From assembly GCA_029262635.1 (NCBI GenBank), contig JAJCZA010000029.1, positions 29,938 through 93,937 on the forward strand: a stretch of 64,000 nucleotides of DNA, read 5' to 3'. Shown here in pieces: positions 37,715 through 48,225 of the stretch. The notes under the pieces were generated by a model, which was not told the origin of the DNA, made no database searches, and saw only the letters and a program-made list of their open reading frames with translations. The position numbers were made by a program, and so were the translations under genes. Numbering within the stretch: the first letter of the stretch is position 1; each line of letters begins with the position of its first letter. The stretch comes from Vampirovibrionales bacterium (GTDB lineage Bacteria; Cyanobacteriota; Vampirovibrionia; Vampirovibrionales; Vampirovibrionaceae).

Positions 37715-38198
37715 GAACAAGTTTCAACGGTATACAGGGTTATGGGTATTTGTCAGGGTAAGTTTAAACAAGATGGAACCTTGTTACAGGTGCCAAATTG
37801 AGATCATTTTATGGTGATGGGCGGCAGGTGGTTAGCCCATAAAGATACTGACCTCTTGATCTTTTATTCGATCTCTCTTCAAAAAACCATGATTTTGGTG
37901 TGATGCTCTATTTTTCTTTTGCTCTCTTTTTGTCCCCTTTGAGGTGCGTAATATTCCCTCACATCAGCATAAAAACAGAGTATTGAATTTTTGTGATAGC
38001 AAAGTAAATAAAACCTTAAGAGATGCGAGTGAAATTCCGAGAGAACCCATTGGCTTAAGGGGGTTTTAAGAAAATAAAAATGAAGCCATAATGCTATGTA
38101 ACAAATCAATGGATTTTAAAATAGTTTACTTTAAGCTTCAGAATCAGCGGGTTTTTATAATGACGCACAAAGCCCTAAGGTCGGCCTGCTTCGCGGGT

Positions 38199-39365
38199 TT
38201 ATTTTAAAATATGGCGAGAGATAACCACTCGCTGAATTTCAGAGGTACCTTCGCCGATTTCGCAGAGTTTGGCATCTCGGAGATAGCGCTCCACGGGGAA
38301 GTCTTTGGTGTAGCCGTAGCCCCCATGGATTTGAACCGCTTTATTCGTGGCTCGCATGGCCGCTTCGGAGGCGTAAAGTTTAGCCATGGCCGCTTCTTTA
38401 CCAAAAGACTGCCCGGCCATTTTTAAGCGGGCGGCATTGTACACCAAATGGCGAGCGGCCTCGATTTCTGTTCCCATATCCGCTAGCATAAACTGAATGG
38501 CCTGAAATTCGGAGATGGATCGGCCAAATTGCTTTCGCTCCTTGGCATATTGAATGGCTTTATCCAGAGCGCCCTGAGCGATTCCCAATGCCATGGCACC
38601 AATGGAAATTCGTCCGCTGTCCAGAGTTTGCATAAAATATTTAAAGCCCTGACCGCGTTCGCCCAGCATATTTTCCGGCGATACTTTCATGTTATCAAAT
38701 TGCAGGGTGCCCCAATCTGACCCTCGGGTGCCCATCTTTTCGTCTTTGGAACCCAGAGAGAAGCCAGGGGTTTCTTTATCAAAGATAAATGCGCTAATGC
38801 CTGCTGTGCCCTTATCTTTTTCTGTTACGGCTGTTGCGATAAATGTTTTGGCATAGTTGGCATTGGTGATAAAAATCTTGGTGCCGTTTAATACCCAGTC
38901 TTTGCCATCCAGAATTGCGTTGGTTTCTGTTCCGCCAGCGTCACTGCCCGCATTCGGTTCGGTTAGTCCGTAAGCGCCCAAAACTTTTCCGGAAGCCAGA
39001 TCCGGTAGGTATTTCATTTTTTGTTCTTCGCTCCCGAACATATAAAGCGGGATACAAATCAGCGAGGTGTGAGCGGCGTAGCTTAATGCCGTAGAGCCAC
39101 AGACTCGAGCTAACTCTTCGACAGCAATGGCGTAACTTAGGTAATCCGCGCCGCCGCCGCCGTACTGCTCTGGTATGGGTAATCCCATGATACCCATTTC
39201 AGCCATTTCCTTAAATGTTTCCTCTGGAAAGCGACTGTTGCGGTCTACTTCGGCGGATCGGGGCTCTACATTGCGAACGGCAAAATCCTGAACCATGTCC
39301 CGAATCATCCGTTGTTGTTCATTTAAACCCCATTTATCCTGAGAAACATCTATGGTTAAAGTCAT
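38199..39365 (-). CDS. Acyl-CoA dehydrogenase (short/branched-chain type)
   Basis: 388 aa with ACAD N/M/C domains (GLTEPNAGSDAGGTET...; YASEAAMRATNKAVQIHGGYGYTKDFPVERYLRDAKLCEIGEGTSEIQR). Confidence 0.9.
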   Translation of the reverse strand: MTLTIDVSQDKWGLNEQQRMIRDMVQDFAVRNVEPRSAEVDRNSRFPEETFKEMAEMGIMGLPIPEQYGGGGADYLSYAIAVEELARVCGSTALSYAAHTSLICIPLYMFGSEEQKMKYLPDLASGKVLGAYGLTEPNAGSDAGGTETNAILDGKDWVLNGTKIFITNANYAKTFIATAVTEKDKGTAGISAFIFDKETPGFSLGSKDEKMGTRGSDWGTLQFDNMKVSPENMLGERGQGFKYFMQTLDSGRISIGAMALGIAQGALDKAIQYAKERKQFGRSISEFQAIQFMLADMGTEIEAARHLVYNAARLKMAGQSFGKEAAMAKLYASEAAMRATNKAVQIHGGYGYTKDFPVERYLRDAKLCEIGEGTSEIQRVVISRHILK

Positions 39366-39528
39366 CGTATCTCGTTACCCCAATTGCTATCATGATACAA
39401 ATTTAAGTAAAAATTCTGTCCTGACAAATCGTCACTACTTAAGTTAGTAGGGTTTATTTTACCTGATGTATCTGGCTTTTGTCAAAATGTTTACGACAAA
39501 AACCAGATAGAATACAAGAATAGCGTGG

Positions 39529-40821
39529 TTAAACGAGTACCTCGCTGGCGGCCTGTATTGTGGCTTCAATGTCTTTACCGCTATGAGCAATGGAAACAAA
39601 GCCGGCTTCAAATTGGGAAGGCGCTAAGTAAATACCTCGATCCATCATGCCCCAGAAGTAGCGATTAAAGCGATTCGTATCGCAATGTGTCGCAGACGAG
39701 TAATCGATAACTGGCTTATCGGTAAAGAATAACGATAACATCGAACCCACTTGCGTACCAAAAGCTGGAATATTGGCTTGACGACAAAGGGTTAGGAGTC
39801 CTTCGGCCAGGTGTTGGGTTTGCTCTTCCAGCGACTCATAAAAGCCATCTTCATTGAGGCGTCTCAAGGTTTCCAGTCCGGCGGCCATGGCTAAGGGGTT
39901 TCCAGATAAGGTGCCCGCTTGATACATGGGGCCTTCCGGTGCCACGTAAGCCATGATTTCTTTTTTCCCGCCATAGGCACCGACCGGCAGTCCGCCGCCA
40001 ATAATTTTGCCTAAGGTTGTCAGATCCGGCAGTACACCATAGCGCTCTTGTGCCCCGCCCCGGGCGACTCGGAAGCCGGTCATAACCTCGTCAAAAATTA
40101 GTACAGTGCCATGAATATCAGCTAGTTTTCGAAGTCCCTGTAGAAAACCTTCATTAGGAGGGATACAGCCCATATTACCCGCAACCGGTTCAACAAAAAT
40201 GGCTGCAATTTGGCCATCATGACCTTCTAATAAGCGTTGAACCGAATCCAAATCATTGAAATTGGCTGTAAGGGTTTGGCTGGCTGTGCTTTCGGGAACT
40301 CCCGGACTGTCAGGAACGCCGAGTGTCATGGCACCCGAACCGGCTTTAACCAGAAAATAGTCGGCGTGGCCATGGTAGCAACCGGCAAACTTAATAATTT
40401 TCTCTCGTCCGGTGTAAGCACGCGCCAATCGAGCTGCGCTCATGCAGGCTTCGGTTCCCGAATTAACAAAGCGAACTTTCTCAATAGATGGCACCCAATC
40501 GATAACCAACTGAGCCAATTCGTTCTCAATCTGTGTAGGAGCGCCAAAGCTAGTGCCGAGTTCGGCCATTTCTTGCATTCGGTGAATGACGTCTGGTTGG
40601 GCGTGTCCCAGAATAGCTGGTCCCCATGAGCCGACATAATCGATATAACGATTCCCATCCACATCCCATAAATAGGCTCCTGATGCTTTTTGAATAAAAA
40701 CCGGATTTCCGCCAACGGATTTAAACGCGCGCACCGGACTGTTCACGCCACCGGGCATTCGCTCACAGGCTTCTTCAAATGCTTTTTCAGATAAAGGACG
40801 GCTTAGGGTCAAGGCTTCCAT
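39529..40821 (-). CDS. hemL: Glutamate-1-semialdehyde 2,1-aminomutase
   Basis: Class III aminotransferase. [25 protein letters not shown], and the PLP Lys region [19 protein letters not shown] sits 10 nt upstream of ATG 40821; the track start at 40884 is too early. Confidence 0.9.
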   Translation of the reverse strand: MEALTLSRPLSEKAFEEACERMPGGVNSPVRAFKSVGGNPVFIQKASGAYLWDVDGNRYIDYVGSWGPAILGHAQPDVIHRMQEMAELGTSFGAPTQIENELAQLVIDWVPSIEKVRFVNSGTEACMSAARLARAYTGREKIIKFAGCYHGHADYFLVKAGSGAMTLGVPDSPGVPESTASQTLTANFNDLDSVQRLLEGHDGQIAAIFVEPVAGNMGCIPPNEGFLQGLRKLADIHGTVLIFDEVMTGFRVARGGAQERYGVLPDLTTLGKIIGGGLPVGAYGGKKEIMAYVAPEGPMYQAGTLSGNPLAMAAGLETLRRLNEDGFYESLEEQTQHLAEGLLTLCRQANIPAFGTQVGSMLSLFFTDKPVIDYSSATHCDTNRFNRYFWGMMDRGIYLAPSQFEAGFVSIAHSGKDIEATIQAASEVLV

Positions 40822-41004
40822 TGGGTGGGTTCTCCATGATGTTATGACACCCCTCATTATGCCGGAAACATAAACCAGAAGCATTTAAAAAGCCGCCAGA
40901 ATTCGAGAGGGTTGAAGGAATGAAAATCTGTTTCTTTTGTAGTATATTTCTTCAAGTTTCAATGCCATCAATTAAGGTTATCTTTACTTAAAGGAATATA
41001 TGTT

Positions 41005-41775
41005 TTGATCACACCGGCTAGCATTCAGACCCCTTATTATCCTGGGCAAAGCAATTCAGGGGTTGGGTTACTCAAACCGAAACTCTTTCACGAAGCCCCT
41101 GCCCGTTTTGGTCAGGACTTTTTGCCTCCTACGAGAAAAGGAAAGGAGAGAAACTCTAGCTCTCTATTTGATTTATCCAGTTTTATGTTAACTTTGTTTG
41201 CCTCAATGGCTGGAACCATTGGAATTGTGTCACTAAATCAGAGTATTCCTGAATCCGGATCGGCTTTAGATTCAGTGAACGGTTTCACATACGAAGCCGA
41301 AAAGCTACAGTCTGATTCTGACCGAGCCCCTCATGTTAAGGCCTATCTAGCCCAATTATGGGCGGCTTATGAAAAGGAACTGCAGACATATACTTCCCCT
41401 GAAGAAGCCTTTAAAAGCATGGCGAAAGAAGTTGAAGCCGCCCTTCCCAAGGATTCATGGGAAAAAGTTGAGAAATACCTAAAACTGACTCAATTGGCCC
41501 AAAATATGAAAGAGCCAGAAATTTTTAAAAACCTTGTGGATGGAATGATTCAAGAGCTTTTGATCCCTGCTGCAGATAGCCCCGAAGCTAAGGAGAATGT
41601 TGAACTTATCAGAAGGGCTTCTCATGAATTATTTCTTGACCTCACTTTTGATAAGCTATTACAAAACAGTAAGTATGAAGGGGTGTATGGTAGTTTACTG
41701 ATAATACTTATCTGTATGACGATGATTGGAATATTCCCTCGAGTTGAAGAAAAGTCAGAAAAAGCTAAAAAATAG
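41005..41775 (+). CDS. Hypothetical membrane protein (256 aa)
   Basis: ORF with two hydrophobic segments. No family recognised. Confidence 0.5.
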   Translation: MITPASIQTPYYPGQSNSGVGLLKPKLFHEAPARFGQDFLPPTRKGKERNSSSLFDLSSFMLTLFASMAGTIGIVSLNQSIPESGSALDSVNGFTYEAEKLQSDSDRAPHVKAYLAQLWAAYEKELQTYTSPEEAFKSMAKEVEAALPKDSWEKVEKYLKLTQLAQNMKEPEIFKNLVDGMIQELLIPAADSPEAKENVELIRRASHELFLDLTFDKLLQNSKYEGVYGSLLIILICMTMIGIFPRVEEKSEKAKK

Positions 41776-41800
41776 GAAGAAAAATTCTTTCAATTATCAT

Positions 41801-41839
41801 GTTTACGAAACGGGCCCTAAATAAAGCCAGCTATGCTGG
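41801..41839 (-). repeat. About 40-bp repeated terminator-like element, copy 1 (GTTTACGAA-N4-GCCCTAAATAAAGCCAGCyrTGCTGG)
   Basis: Near-identical copy at 43722-43761. On the minus strand it reads CCAGC-ata-GCTGG then CTTTATTTAGGGC. It overlaps the TAG stop of the S8 gene. Confidence 0.6.
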
Positions 41840-43600
41840 TCGGCGTCTCAGGGTTTCGGCGATGGCTTGGTTGTGGTTGACTAACCCCGCCCCAACCCGG
41901 CGGCGGATGTGTTGTTGAATGATGTCATCGGTCAATTCCTGATCCGGGTAGCGGGCTTGAAGCCGTTTTAGATCTTCTGGGCTCAAGTGACAGGGAGTGG
42001 CGGTTTTACTTAAAATAGCCAACGCTTTTTCCAAAGGCTTGCCGGGTTCAAAAATGTCTGGATCGACCTGCTTCATCATCGCCAGGGTTGCCGCAATATC
42101 CGGTGCAGCAATTGAGGTACCCCCATTGAGCTTCGAAGTGGCCTTTCCGAGCGCTAAAGCTCCGGGAAAAATGGAAGCCAGCCCTTTTTTAGCTCCCAAG
42201 CTTTGGTAAAGCTCTTTGAAGGGCGTGGAAGGTAAGAGTACTTCGCCGTTTCCATACCCGGCAATTCCGGGCGGGTTCTGATCTGTACCTTCCGAGGTGA
42301 ATGTGCCCACCTGACCGTTGCTTTTGGCTGAAGCGACGGGCAGTAAGGCTGGGTGATTAAAAAAGGTGAAAAAATTATACCCATACCCTTCTGGACAATT
42401 GGGGGGCGTCATCCCTTTATTTGCCGTACTGATGACCACGGGGACGCCTTGTTGGGCGGCTTGATCTAATGCCTCTTTCAGTGGGGTTAATCGGGGCTTG
42501 AGAATTTGTTCAAGATCTTTTAAGTTCATTTGTGGAGCCAATGTTTGCTCCCATTGGCGAGCAAGGGTATTGTACTGGTCTGGTTTGTCCCCATGGCTTA
42601 CGTTAAGGGCGCTGCCAAGTTTATGGATAAGATGGCTCAGAGTCGCAGCGAGAGAGATGCTAATAACATCCGGGTTTTGCTTTAAAGCCATCTGAATTTC
42701 TTCAGCCTTCTTTGTTAAATCAGTTCCTTGATCAATCAAAGCTTCTAATGTTAAGGTTTCTGGGTGGTCGATAAACGATTGAAAGTTCTCATAGGCATCT
42801 TGTGCGGCTTTTTTGGGGTTGGTAGAGCATACTCCTACTGAAAAAAACATATTAAACTGAGCTTGAGGTAAGCTTCTGCCTGCCACGCTAGCCACTTGAG
42901 TGCCATGGCCAACAGGATCTTTAGGTTGAGTGGCCCTAGCGCTTATTGAAGGAGCCCAATTTTTGTCTACAACACCTTTTTTTTGAAGAGTATAAGCAGG
43001 GTTTTGGTTTTCTATTGTGAACACTTGGAATCTTTCAGATTTGAGATGCTTGGTGGGTCGTAAACCTGAATCAATAAACGTAATAGTCATGCCATTCCCC
43101 TGAACCCCATGTTGGTGTAGTTCTCTCCAGAAATCTTCCGGCTTTATTTTTGACAGGAAAAGCCTAATGGGAATAAAACTTAAAAGAGCCCCGTTAATCC
43201 CAAGCCAGATAGTTAATAGTTTTTGAATAACTGCTTGGCTAAGAGGCTTTGACTTTTCAGGCGCTGGCTCGCTTTCCCCCTTAACTCTGATAACATCTTC
43301 ACTTTGGGACTCTTCTGTTTTTGGAGGTTCTGCCAAAACAGGTTTAAATTCAGCTGGTACAGTTTGTTCTAGAGATTTGCCCAGCTTAGTAATCTCTCCT
43401 ATGAAGGGGGCGGCAAGACTCAAAAATAAACAGATAAGCCCAACACCGATTAAAGCACCGTTGCCATCAGGTTTTGGATCTCTTTTAGGAAGGGATTCGG
43501 GGTCAATATCAGGCAAAACAGGCTTTGGATTCGAGCCAGAAAAAGTCAAGCGCGAATGGGAAAGGGGTTGAATGATTGGACGGGTTAATAGGACAGACAT
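41831..43600 (-). CDS. Subtilisin-like serine protease (peptidase S8) with N-terminal TM anchor
   Basis: Catalytic triad contexts TFIDSGL (Asp), HGTQVASVAG (His) and GGTSIAAPDIAATLAMM (Ser). Confidence 0.8.
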   Translation of the reverse strand: MSVLLTRPIIQPLSHSRLTFSGSNPKPVLPDIDPESLPKRDPKPDGNGALIGVGLICLFLSLAAPFIGEITKLGKSLEQTVPAEFKPVLAEPPKTEESQSEDVIRVKGESEPAPEKSKPLSQAVIQKLLTIWLGINGALLSFIPIRLFLSKIKPEDFWRELHQHGVQGNGMTITFIDSGLRPTKHLKSERFQVFTIENQNPAYTLQKKGVVDKNWAPSISARATQPKDPVGHGTQVASVAGRSLPQAQFNMFFSVGVCSTNPKKAAQDAYENFQSFIDHPETLTLEALIDQGTDLTKKAEEIQMALKQNPDVISISLAATLSHLIHKLGSALNVSHGDKPDQYNTLARQWEQTLAPQMNLKDLEQILKPRLTPLKEALDQAAQQGVPVVISTANKGMTPPNCPEGYGYNFFTFFNHPALLPVASAKSNGQVGTFTSEGTDQNPPGIAGYGNGEVLLPSTPFKELYQSLGAKKGLASIFPGALALGKATSKLNGGTSIAAPDIAATLAMMKQVDPDIFEPGKPLEKALAILSKTATPCHLSPEDLKRLQARYPDQELTDDIIQQHIRRRVGAGLVNHNQAIAETLRRRPA

Positions 43601-43721
43601 AGAGGAGAGTTTGCCTTATTTCTATCTTTATCAAGAGAGGGTGTGTGACAAGGCAATAAAGGTAAAACCCACCCCTTGATTGTTGAATCAGGATAGATTA
43701 CTTAAAGAAACTTCATTCGGT

Positions 43722-43761
43722 GTTTACGAATCCAGCCCTAAATAAAGCCAGCCGTGCTGGC
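43722..43761 (-). repeat. About 40-bp repeated terminator-like element, copy 2
   Basis: GCCAGC-acg-GCTGGC + TTTATTTAGGGC immediately after the TGA stop of the 43762-44280 ORF. Matches copy 1 at 34 of 39 positions. Confidence 0.6.
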
Positions 43762-44280
43762 TCAGACCGATGCTTTATACCGTTCCCGAAGGGTTGTAAC
43801 ATAGACTTCTGCTTCATTTCCATCATTAAATAGCGCCAGTTCGATAATTTTTACGGCTTCGGCCGGATCTTCAAAACGACGATTGGTTTTGCAATCCTGG
43901 ATATACTGGTTTAAGTGTTCAATGGCGCGAAGCATTCCATCGGATAGAAACGGTCGACCCACTTGCTCTAAAATAAATAAATCCTGATAAACCTTATGCA
44001 GAATCTTATCCCGATCATACCAGCGGCGGCGGCTTTGGGATTTCATTAGGCCAACCACCTTATCGGCTCCCAATTCTCTTAAGCCTTTTGTTTTTTCGCT
44101 TTTTTGAATTTCATTTTTTCTTTTTTGTTTGACGCTTTCAGCGATTTTGAGCATGATTTGGCCGATAAGCTGTTGGTATTGAGGCTTTACTTTTTCTAGC
44201 TCAATAAAAGCCCGTGTGACGCCTGAAATTTTGGGCGCACTTGGGCTGTTTGGGTTAAATTCATTGTTAGAAGGGTTCAT
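43762..44280 (-). CDS. Hypothetical protein (172 aa)
   Basis: ORF ending at the repeated terminator element. Confidence 0.5.
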   Translation of the reverse strand: MNPSNNEFNPNSPSAPKISGVTRAFIELEKVKPQYQQLIGQIMLKIAESVKQKRKNEIQKSEKTKGLRELGADKVVGLMKSQSRRRWYDRDKILHKVYQDLFILEQVGRPFLSDGMLRAIEHLNQYIQDCKTNRRFEDPAEAVKIIELALFNDGNEAEVYVTTLRERYKASV

Positions 44281-44438
44281 GCCTAAAACTCAATATCGCT
44301 TTAAATCTGGAACATAGCAATGATTATTTATTCATATGCTACGTACGGTCTTTTCATCCTGTCTTTAATTTCTCTTTAACTCTTATCGCCCGATAAGCTG
44401 AAAACTTTAGTGTGCTTTTACTTTGCGGAAAAAATGGA

Positions 44439-45128
44439 TTAAGCGTTTGTCATACCGTCTGAGAGATATTTGGCCTGGCGCGCCGGACGAAAAATTTCAT
44501 TGGTAATGGCTTTAATGAACTTAAGGGCCTCAATCTCTCGATGAATGGCATTGCGGAGCCCTTCAATTTGCTTTTCATTCATCTGATAGACCTCAGAGCC
44601 GACAACGCCATTGCGTTCTCCCATAAAAAGCCGAAATTCTTCCTGCTCCAACTCATTATAACCGGGTAAACCCGCCAGAAAGGCAAGCCAGTGATGTAGC
44701 TGATGGGCAATAAACCCGACGGTGTATAACGGTTTAGGCAGAATAAAAACGCCCTTTTTAAAGGAGAATGTTTGTTTTGTTCCAAACAGAAAAACAATGC
44801 TTTTGCATAGGTTAATATAGCGTTTAAGTGCCTGAGGATTGCTTTTAGGTGATGGTGGCGCAATGAATCCAGAATCGTAGCTCAGCCCCATCATAACGAG
44901 ACGCAAGAGTAACCCTTTCCATCCAGTGACAAGATAAACCGGGGTTCCTTGCTCTTCAATGAATGTAACCAGCTCTTCCGGTGAGTGATAATGCGTTTTT
45001 ACGGCTTCTCGGGCTTGTTTCGTGACCTGTTCAATCTGCTGTTGTGTTTCAGCCACCAGCTTGAAAGTATCCAGGATTGGATTACTCTGAGCGTCGTTTA
45101 CGCTGGAATGATTGTACTGTGGTGTCAT
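44439..45128 (-). CDS. Hypothetical protein (229 aa)
   Basis: ORF with no recognised family. Confidence 0.5.
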   Translation of the reverse strand: MTPQYNHSSVNDAQSNPILDTFKLVAETQQQIEQVTKQAREAVKTHYHSPEELVTFIEEQGTPVYLVTGWKGLLLRLVMMGLSYDSGFIAPPSPKSNPQALKRYINLCKSIVFLFGTKQTFSFKKGVFILPKPLYTVGFIAHQLHHWLAFLAGLPGYNELEQEEFRLFMGERNGVVGSEVYQMNEKQIEGLRNAIHREIEALKFIKAITNEIFRPARQAKYLSDGMTNA

Positions 45129-45226
45129 GAAAGTCTCCCCAAGAAAGGTCTGGATTAGACCTGAATTTTACCCCTTTCTAGTATAAAAACATTTAACTGG
45201 ATTTTGATGCTAGTTTGAATCAAAAA

Positions 45227-46474
45227 TTAAGCGGCAGCGCTAGCTGTCGTAGTTTGATTTTTATCAGAAGGGTTTTCGTTAGAAGAAGAGGTGTTATTGG
45301 GAGATTTTGTTTTTAATTCAGCTTCAAATCGATCCGCTTGATCTTTAAAGAAGTAGTTGTAGATGACCAGAACGCCGCCAAGGAGAGCTCCCCAAACCCC
45401 GCCTCTGGCCGCACCTTTGATCAGTCGTTGGCGTCCTGCGGTGAGGAATGCGAGCTTGAGTATCATGCCAACAGTTGTTACTAAAATCTCGGCTTTACCT
45501 AACATGCCATCGGCATTTTTTAATTTGTGGGGTACATCCTTGAACAGGCTGGAGAAATGCATATCCCCTTCCCAGGCTTCCAAAATTTTGGAAATATGGG
45601 TTTCGTAGATTCCCATGATTTTTTTTGACCAGTTGGCTTTCGTTTCAGTTTCTATCCAAGGGACTTTTTTCATAGTTTTTTCGACGAAGCCTGCCATTTT
45701 TTCATCTAAAATTTCTCGAACTTTCTTGACATCCGACAAATTGGTGACGTCATCGTGATTCTTACTTACGTAATCATCCAGATAATCTTTGGCAATAATA
45801 AAAGGGATTGAGGCGATCAGTGCTTTAACCAGCGCAAATACCCCAGCGGTTGCGGCAATCGGAAATATCACAATGGGTAAAGCAACCAACCCAATTCCTA
45901 ATCCGGTGACAACCAGGCTTTTAACCGCGCTCCAAAAGCTTGTTTTTTTCTTGGGTTTGTCGGTTTTTTTGGATTCTTTTGTTTCTTCTGTCGGCTCTGT
46001 TTGGTTCGTTTCGTTAGGGTTTTCTGTTTGCTTTGCCTCAGCCGGTTTTTCCGCTGAAGAGGGCTCAGTTTCAGCTTTTGGTGTGGCTGAAGCGCTTTCT
46101 GGTGCGTTGCTCGAAGCCTTGGCTTGATCTGAAGCCTCAGTCGCAGGGCTTAAAGAATCTCCAGAATCTCCAAAATTTCCTGTGCCGGCGGCTTTATCTG
46201 TCGGATTCTGATTAACGTCCGGTTTGGGCTCTGGCTTTATGTCTTCTCCCTTTAAGGGGACCGGCTTCTTTCTCTGTCTTCTTTTTTTGGCTGTAGAGGC
46301 CGACTTTTTATTGCTGTTTCCAAAGTAAACGTCCACCGGATCTTCTAACTTAGCCAGGGGAATGGAGATTGCCTGTTTCCCTGTCAAGCTGGGCGCCCGC
46401 TCACTGGATCCGAAGAGGGGTGAACGGGAAGGGGCGGTTAGATTACCGGCTATATTATCGAAAGAGTAAGACAA
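45227..46474 (-). CDS. Hypothetical membrane protein with about 180-aa disordered Lys/Glu/Ser/Pro-rich N-terminus
   Basis: Low-complexity N-terminus, then TM helices (LVVTGLGIGLVALPIVIFPIAATAGVFALV). Confidence 0.5.
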   Translation of the reverse strand: MSYSFDNIAGNLTAPSRSPLFGSSERAPSLTGKQAISIPLAKLEDPVDVYFGNSNKKSASTAKKRRQRKKPVPLKGEDIKPEPKPDVNQNPTDKAAGTGNFGDSGDSLSPATEASDQAKASSNAPESASATPKAETEPSSAEKPAEAKQTENPNETNQTEPTEETKESKKTDKPKKKTSFWSAVKSLVVTGLGIGLVALPIVIFPIAATAGVFALVKALIASIPFIIAKDYLDDYVSKNHDDVTNLSDVKKVREILDEKMAGFVEKTMKKVPWIETETKANWSKKIMGIYETHISKILEAWEGDMHFSSLFKDVPHKLKNADGMLGKAEILVTTVGMILKLAFLTAGRQRLIKGAARGGVWGALLGGVLVIYNYFFKDQADRFEAELKTKSPNNTSSSNENPSDKNQTTTASAAA

Positions 46475-46576
46475 TGAATGAGAACTCTTAAATTAAATAA
46501 GAATACGCTTTTATAACGTCGCTCAAAACTACTTTGTGCGGAAAAAGAGCCAAAGTCTTTTAAAAATAAAGAAATA

Positions 46577-47557
46577 TTACAATTTTCCTTCTTGCTGATA
46601 CCACTCAATGGTCTCCGCCAAGCCTTTATTAAACCCGATTTGTGGAACATAACCTGTGTATTGCTTTAGTTTTTCGGCTGAACAATGAAAATAATTGGTA
46701 TAGAGGATTCGAACCAGTGGATCAGTTGGACGCATGGCAAACTGGTATCGCATGAATCGGGCCATCACTTTTTCCGATACTTTTTGAGGGGAATAAGGAG
46801 CCTCAAGACACTGGGCGAGTTTTTGAAAAAAATTAGAAATACTTTGCGGCTTGGGATTAGCCACAAAAAAGTCCTGATTCAGTGCTTTTTCGTGATGAGC
46901 CACATGCCATAAGGCTTCTGCCAGATCCTCAACAAAAATCTCGCTGGCAACACCCGGAAAGGGAAAACGAGTATATGGGATCCTATCCCGGACATGATAA
47001 ACGATTTTGTCCATACTGGAATTGCTTCGTGGATGAGGCCCGTAAATATAAGCCGGACGTAATATACTGTAGGGAAAGCCGCTTTCGATGATGAGCTCTT
47101 CTGCTTGTCGCTTGGACTTGCCGTAATCGGTAGTGGGGCAAATAGGCGACTCCTCATCCAGAGGTGAATCAAAAAATCGGGTCCAGTCATGATCCCAGGA
47201 ACGGTCGACGGCGGCGATACTACTGAGAAAAACCAGCCGCTTCAAGGTTTGGGATGACTTAAGCGCATGAAGCAGGCAGGCGGTTCCATCCCGGTTTGCG
47301 GTATAAAATTCAGGCCCGTTTTTCAGCCCGACCAAAGCGGCCACGTGAAACACCCATTCCGCTTCTCCTAAGGCTTTTTCATAGGTGCTTGGATCGAGTA
47401 AATCGCCGTGAATGATCTGGATTCCTTTGTCTTGCATAGAGGAAGCCTTCTCCAAATTTCGAACCAGACACGTCAGTTCGACTTGCTCCTGTTTGAGAAG
47501 GAACTCAACGAGGTTTCGTCCTACAAAACCAGTACTACCCGTGACAAAGACTTTCAT
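46577..47557 (-). CDS. NAD-dependent epimerase/dehydratase (extended SDR)
   Basis: MKVFVTGSTGFVGRNLVEFL matches the GxxGxxG Rossmann motif. YxxxK is present (YGKSK). Confidence 0.8.
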   Translation of the reverse strand: MKVFVTGSTGFVGRNLVEFLLKQEQVELTCLVRNLEKASSMQDKGIQIIHGDLLDPSTYEKALGEAEWVFHVAALVGLKNGPEFYTANRDGTACLLHALKSSQTLKRLVFLSSIAAVDRSWDHDWTRFFDSPLDEESPICPTTDYGKSKRQAEELIIESGFPYSILRPAYIYGPHPRSNSSMDKIVYHVRDRIPYTRFPFPGVASEIFVEDLAEALWHVAHHEKALNQDFFVANPKPQSISNFFQKLAQCLEAPYSPQKVSEKVMARFMRYQFAMRPTDPLVRILYTNYFHCSAEKLKQYTGYVPQIGFNKGLAETIEWYQQEGKL

Positions 47558-48225
47558 GGTGTTATTAAAACCTCCTTTAGAAAGGCTTTAAACAATTCAG
47601 GGCGTAGTTGTCCTTCGCCACTATAGGAAATAGCGATTAATGGCTTATGGGTTTTATGGAAAGTACCGAGAAACAGCTCTAATAGCTTGGGTGTTTTTCG
47701 CTTTTGGGTATGCATCGCCAGTTTAATTCGGCGAAAAGGGATGGATTGTCCTTCGATGTGCAATTCTCCTGATTCCTGAAATTCAAAGGTATCCAGATAA
47801 AAATGGTCGGGATTTTTCGGGTTTTTAATGAGCAGTAGGCTGTTTGCAATGGGTTCAACCAGGCCAGCCATTGTCTTTTCCGTATTTTCTGCATTTTTAT
47901 TGAAAACCGAGGCAATCATGGCTTGGCTGGTCCCTTCCAACAGAAAAAATCCCTGATTCTCTTGTGTGTGCTCCAGTTGAATCACCTTGTATCCCAATAC
48001 GTCAAATGAGTTATGGAGTCGGTAAGGGGCGTCGGCTCTTGTTGGGATCAACGAGGTTGATATCTCTGTGGCTTTAGTCGGTTCAAATTGAGAGGGTTGG
48101 TCTTGCCGCTTTAAAATCTTATTTAGGTAGCCTCCTTGTTCCAACATAAAGAAGAGCAAGCTTGTTATCAGCAAAAAAGTGAGGAACAGAGAAACACGTT
48201 TGGCCATCTTTGCGAAATCCTTCAT
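47554..48225 (-). CDS. Hypothetical signal-anchored protein, co-transcribed with the epimerase (4-nt overlap)
   Basis: N-terminal hydrophobic segment LFLTFLLITSLLFFML. ATGA overlap with the downstream gene. Confidence 0.5.
   Translation of the reverse strand: MKDFAKMAKRVSLFLTFLLITSLLFFMLEQGGYLNKILKRQDQPSQFEPTKATEISTSLIPTRADAPYRLHNSFDVLGYKVIQLEHTQENQGFFLLEGTSQAMIASVFNKNAENTEKTMAGLVEPIANSLLLIKNPKNPDHFYLDTFEFQESGELHIEGQSIPFRRIKLAMHTQKRKTPKLLELFLGTFHKTHKPLIAISYSGEGQLRPELFKAFLKEVLITP

Noticed and set aside
37879-38109. 76-aa ORF in the acyl-CoA dehydrogenase 3' region
   Set aside because: Cys/Tyr/Phe-rich translation from AT-rich DNA with no RBS; looks non-coding.
46690-46730. tRNA T-loop-like GGATTCGAACC string (reverse complement of GGTTCGAATCC)
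   Set aside because: It lies inside the well-supported epimerase CDS. No acceptor or anticodon stem can be built around it.
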